Below are positions 63,059-64,000 of a stretch of DNA of 64,000 nucleotides, in pieces. The DNA is taken from positions 9,548,001-9,612,000 of the forward strand of contig CM075990.1 in assembly GCA_038087875.1 (NCBI GenBank), read 5' to 3'. The first letter of the stretch is position 1. The number at the start of each line of letters is the position of its first letter. Origin of the DNA: Malacoraja senta (lineage: Eukaryota). The translations under genes were made by a program, and so were the position numbers. Under the pieces are notes generated by a model, which had not been told where the DNA came from, made no database searches, and saw only the letters and a list, made by a program, of their open reading frames with translations.

Positions 63059-64000
63059 ACACCTGGCTAGCAGCATGGTGCACCTACAAATGTTCTGCAG
63101 TTCCCAAGGCAACTCCAACAGAATCTCCAAACTGCAGTCTCTGCCACTAAGAAGGTGGTCGGTCAATGGAAACTAAATAAACCTACTTGGAATCACTCCA
63201 CTTGAATGGGACCTATCATACATTCCTTCAGCATTGTGATAGTAGCTTAACCAGCGCAGTTCAAGAAAGTGCTCACCACCACTATCTCAAAGATAAATGA
63301 GGATTGACAGTGCATACTAGCCCTGGTAATATGGCATAATTCCATAATAAAACTAAAATATTGACATTTGAGGAGGTCTTTATTGGCGACTTTACTTTTT
63401 TTAAGTGCTCCTGATGTCTAGATTGAAACTTTGAGCTGATTCCCCAGAGTGTATTAACATTCTTAATTAGTGTATCTGCCTTTTAATTAATTTAAAATAT
63501 AATTTATGCATTAACTTCATAGAGTGAGATGTTGTCAGCTGACACCAGGTAGATGTGGTTTTGGAAGGATATTCGTGGATTGTAAGTTTAAGGTGTTTTT
63601 TTCAATTCGCAAGATCTGGGGATTGCTGGTAAGAGGGACACTAATTACTCATCCGTAATTTTCTTTCAAAACATGATGTATTTCACTAGGATCCCAAGTT
63701 ATGACAGTGCCTATGGGGTGCCATTAACTATGATTTCCAGGATTTTAACCCAAAGGCAAATGTGAAATATGTTAAGTTTGAACTGATGGATCCCTTGTGT
63801 TAATGCTGTATGTGCCTGCTGCCAATGTCATGTGAGGTGATAGGGACCAAAGTTAGAGGCACTTCAAATTCCATGACATCAGCTGAGAATGAAGCGGAAT
63901 CAGCTGAGAATGAAGTCAGGTTGTAGATAAGGGTGACGAGTGGATAATTTTCAGATTCCAGGATCTGCAGTTTTATTTATTTTCCACTAGAAAAGTTGAC

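Noticed and set aside
46013-64000. SYNPO2L exon 2 (rest of the PDZ domain)
   Set aside because: No IR..S.A...GL.E.D....ING-like coding stretch found by eye; presumably beyond the window, though a miss is possible.

Overview
Vertebrate genomic DNA, most likely a cartilaginous fish (skate/ray type; inferred from the repeat content: HE1/V-type SINEs, Deu-domain SINEs, CR1 and abundant Penelope derivatives). The minus strand carries the 5' two-thirds of SEC24C: a non-coding exon 1 in a CpG island at ~43.3 kb, then 16 constitutive coding exons from 30351 down to 1849, all phase-consistent with GT-AG borders. There is also a 69-nt cassette exon (18281-18349) that duplicates the R(L/I)DPDxIPSP motif. 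Head-to-head on the plus strand, ~2.5 kb away, is the first coding exon (PDZ N-terminus) of SYNPO2L; I found no further exon, so the rest of the window appears to be its intron 1. The introns are full of transposons: Penelope-like elements with minimal hammerhead ribozyme cores, L2, CR1, Rex1/Babar, RTE, a Tc1 element, PIF/Harbinger MITEs and SINEs. Best leads: (1) a GC-rich non-autonomous retroposon family (31513-32346 and 49004-49723) with a conserved stem-loop and shared body but tails from two different LINE clades; (2) Penelope hammerheads, one with a complete core in the SEC24C sense orientation; (3) the motif-duplicating SEC24C exon; (4) fold-back and locally templated junctions at retro-insertions. 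Repeat boundaries were read by eye and are approximate.
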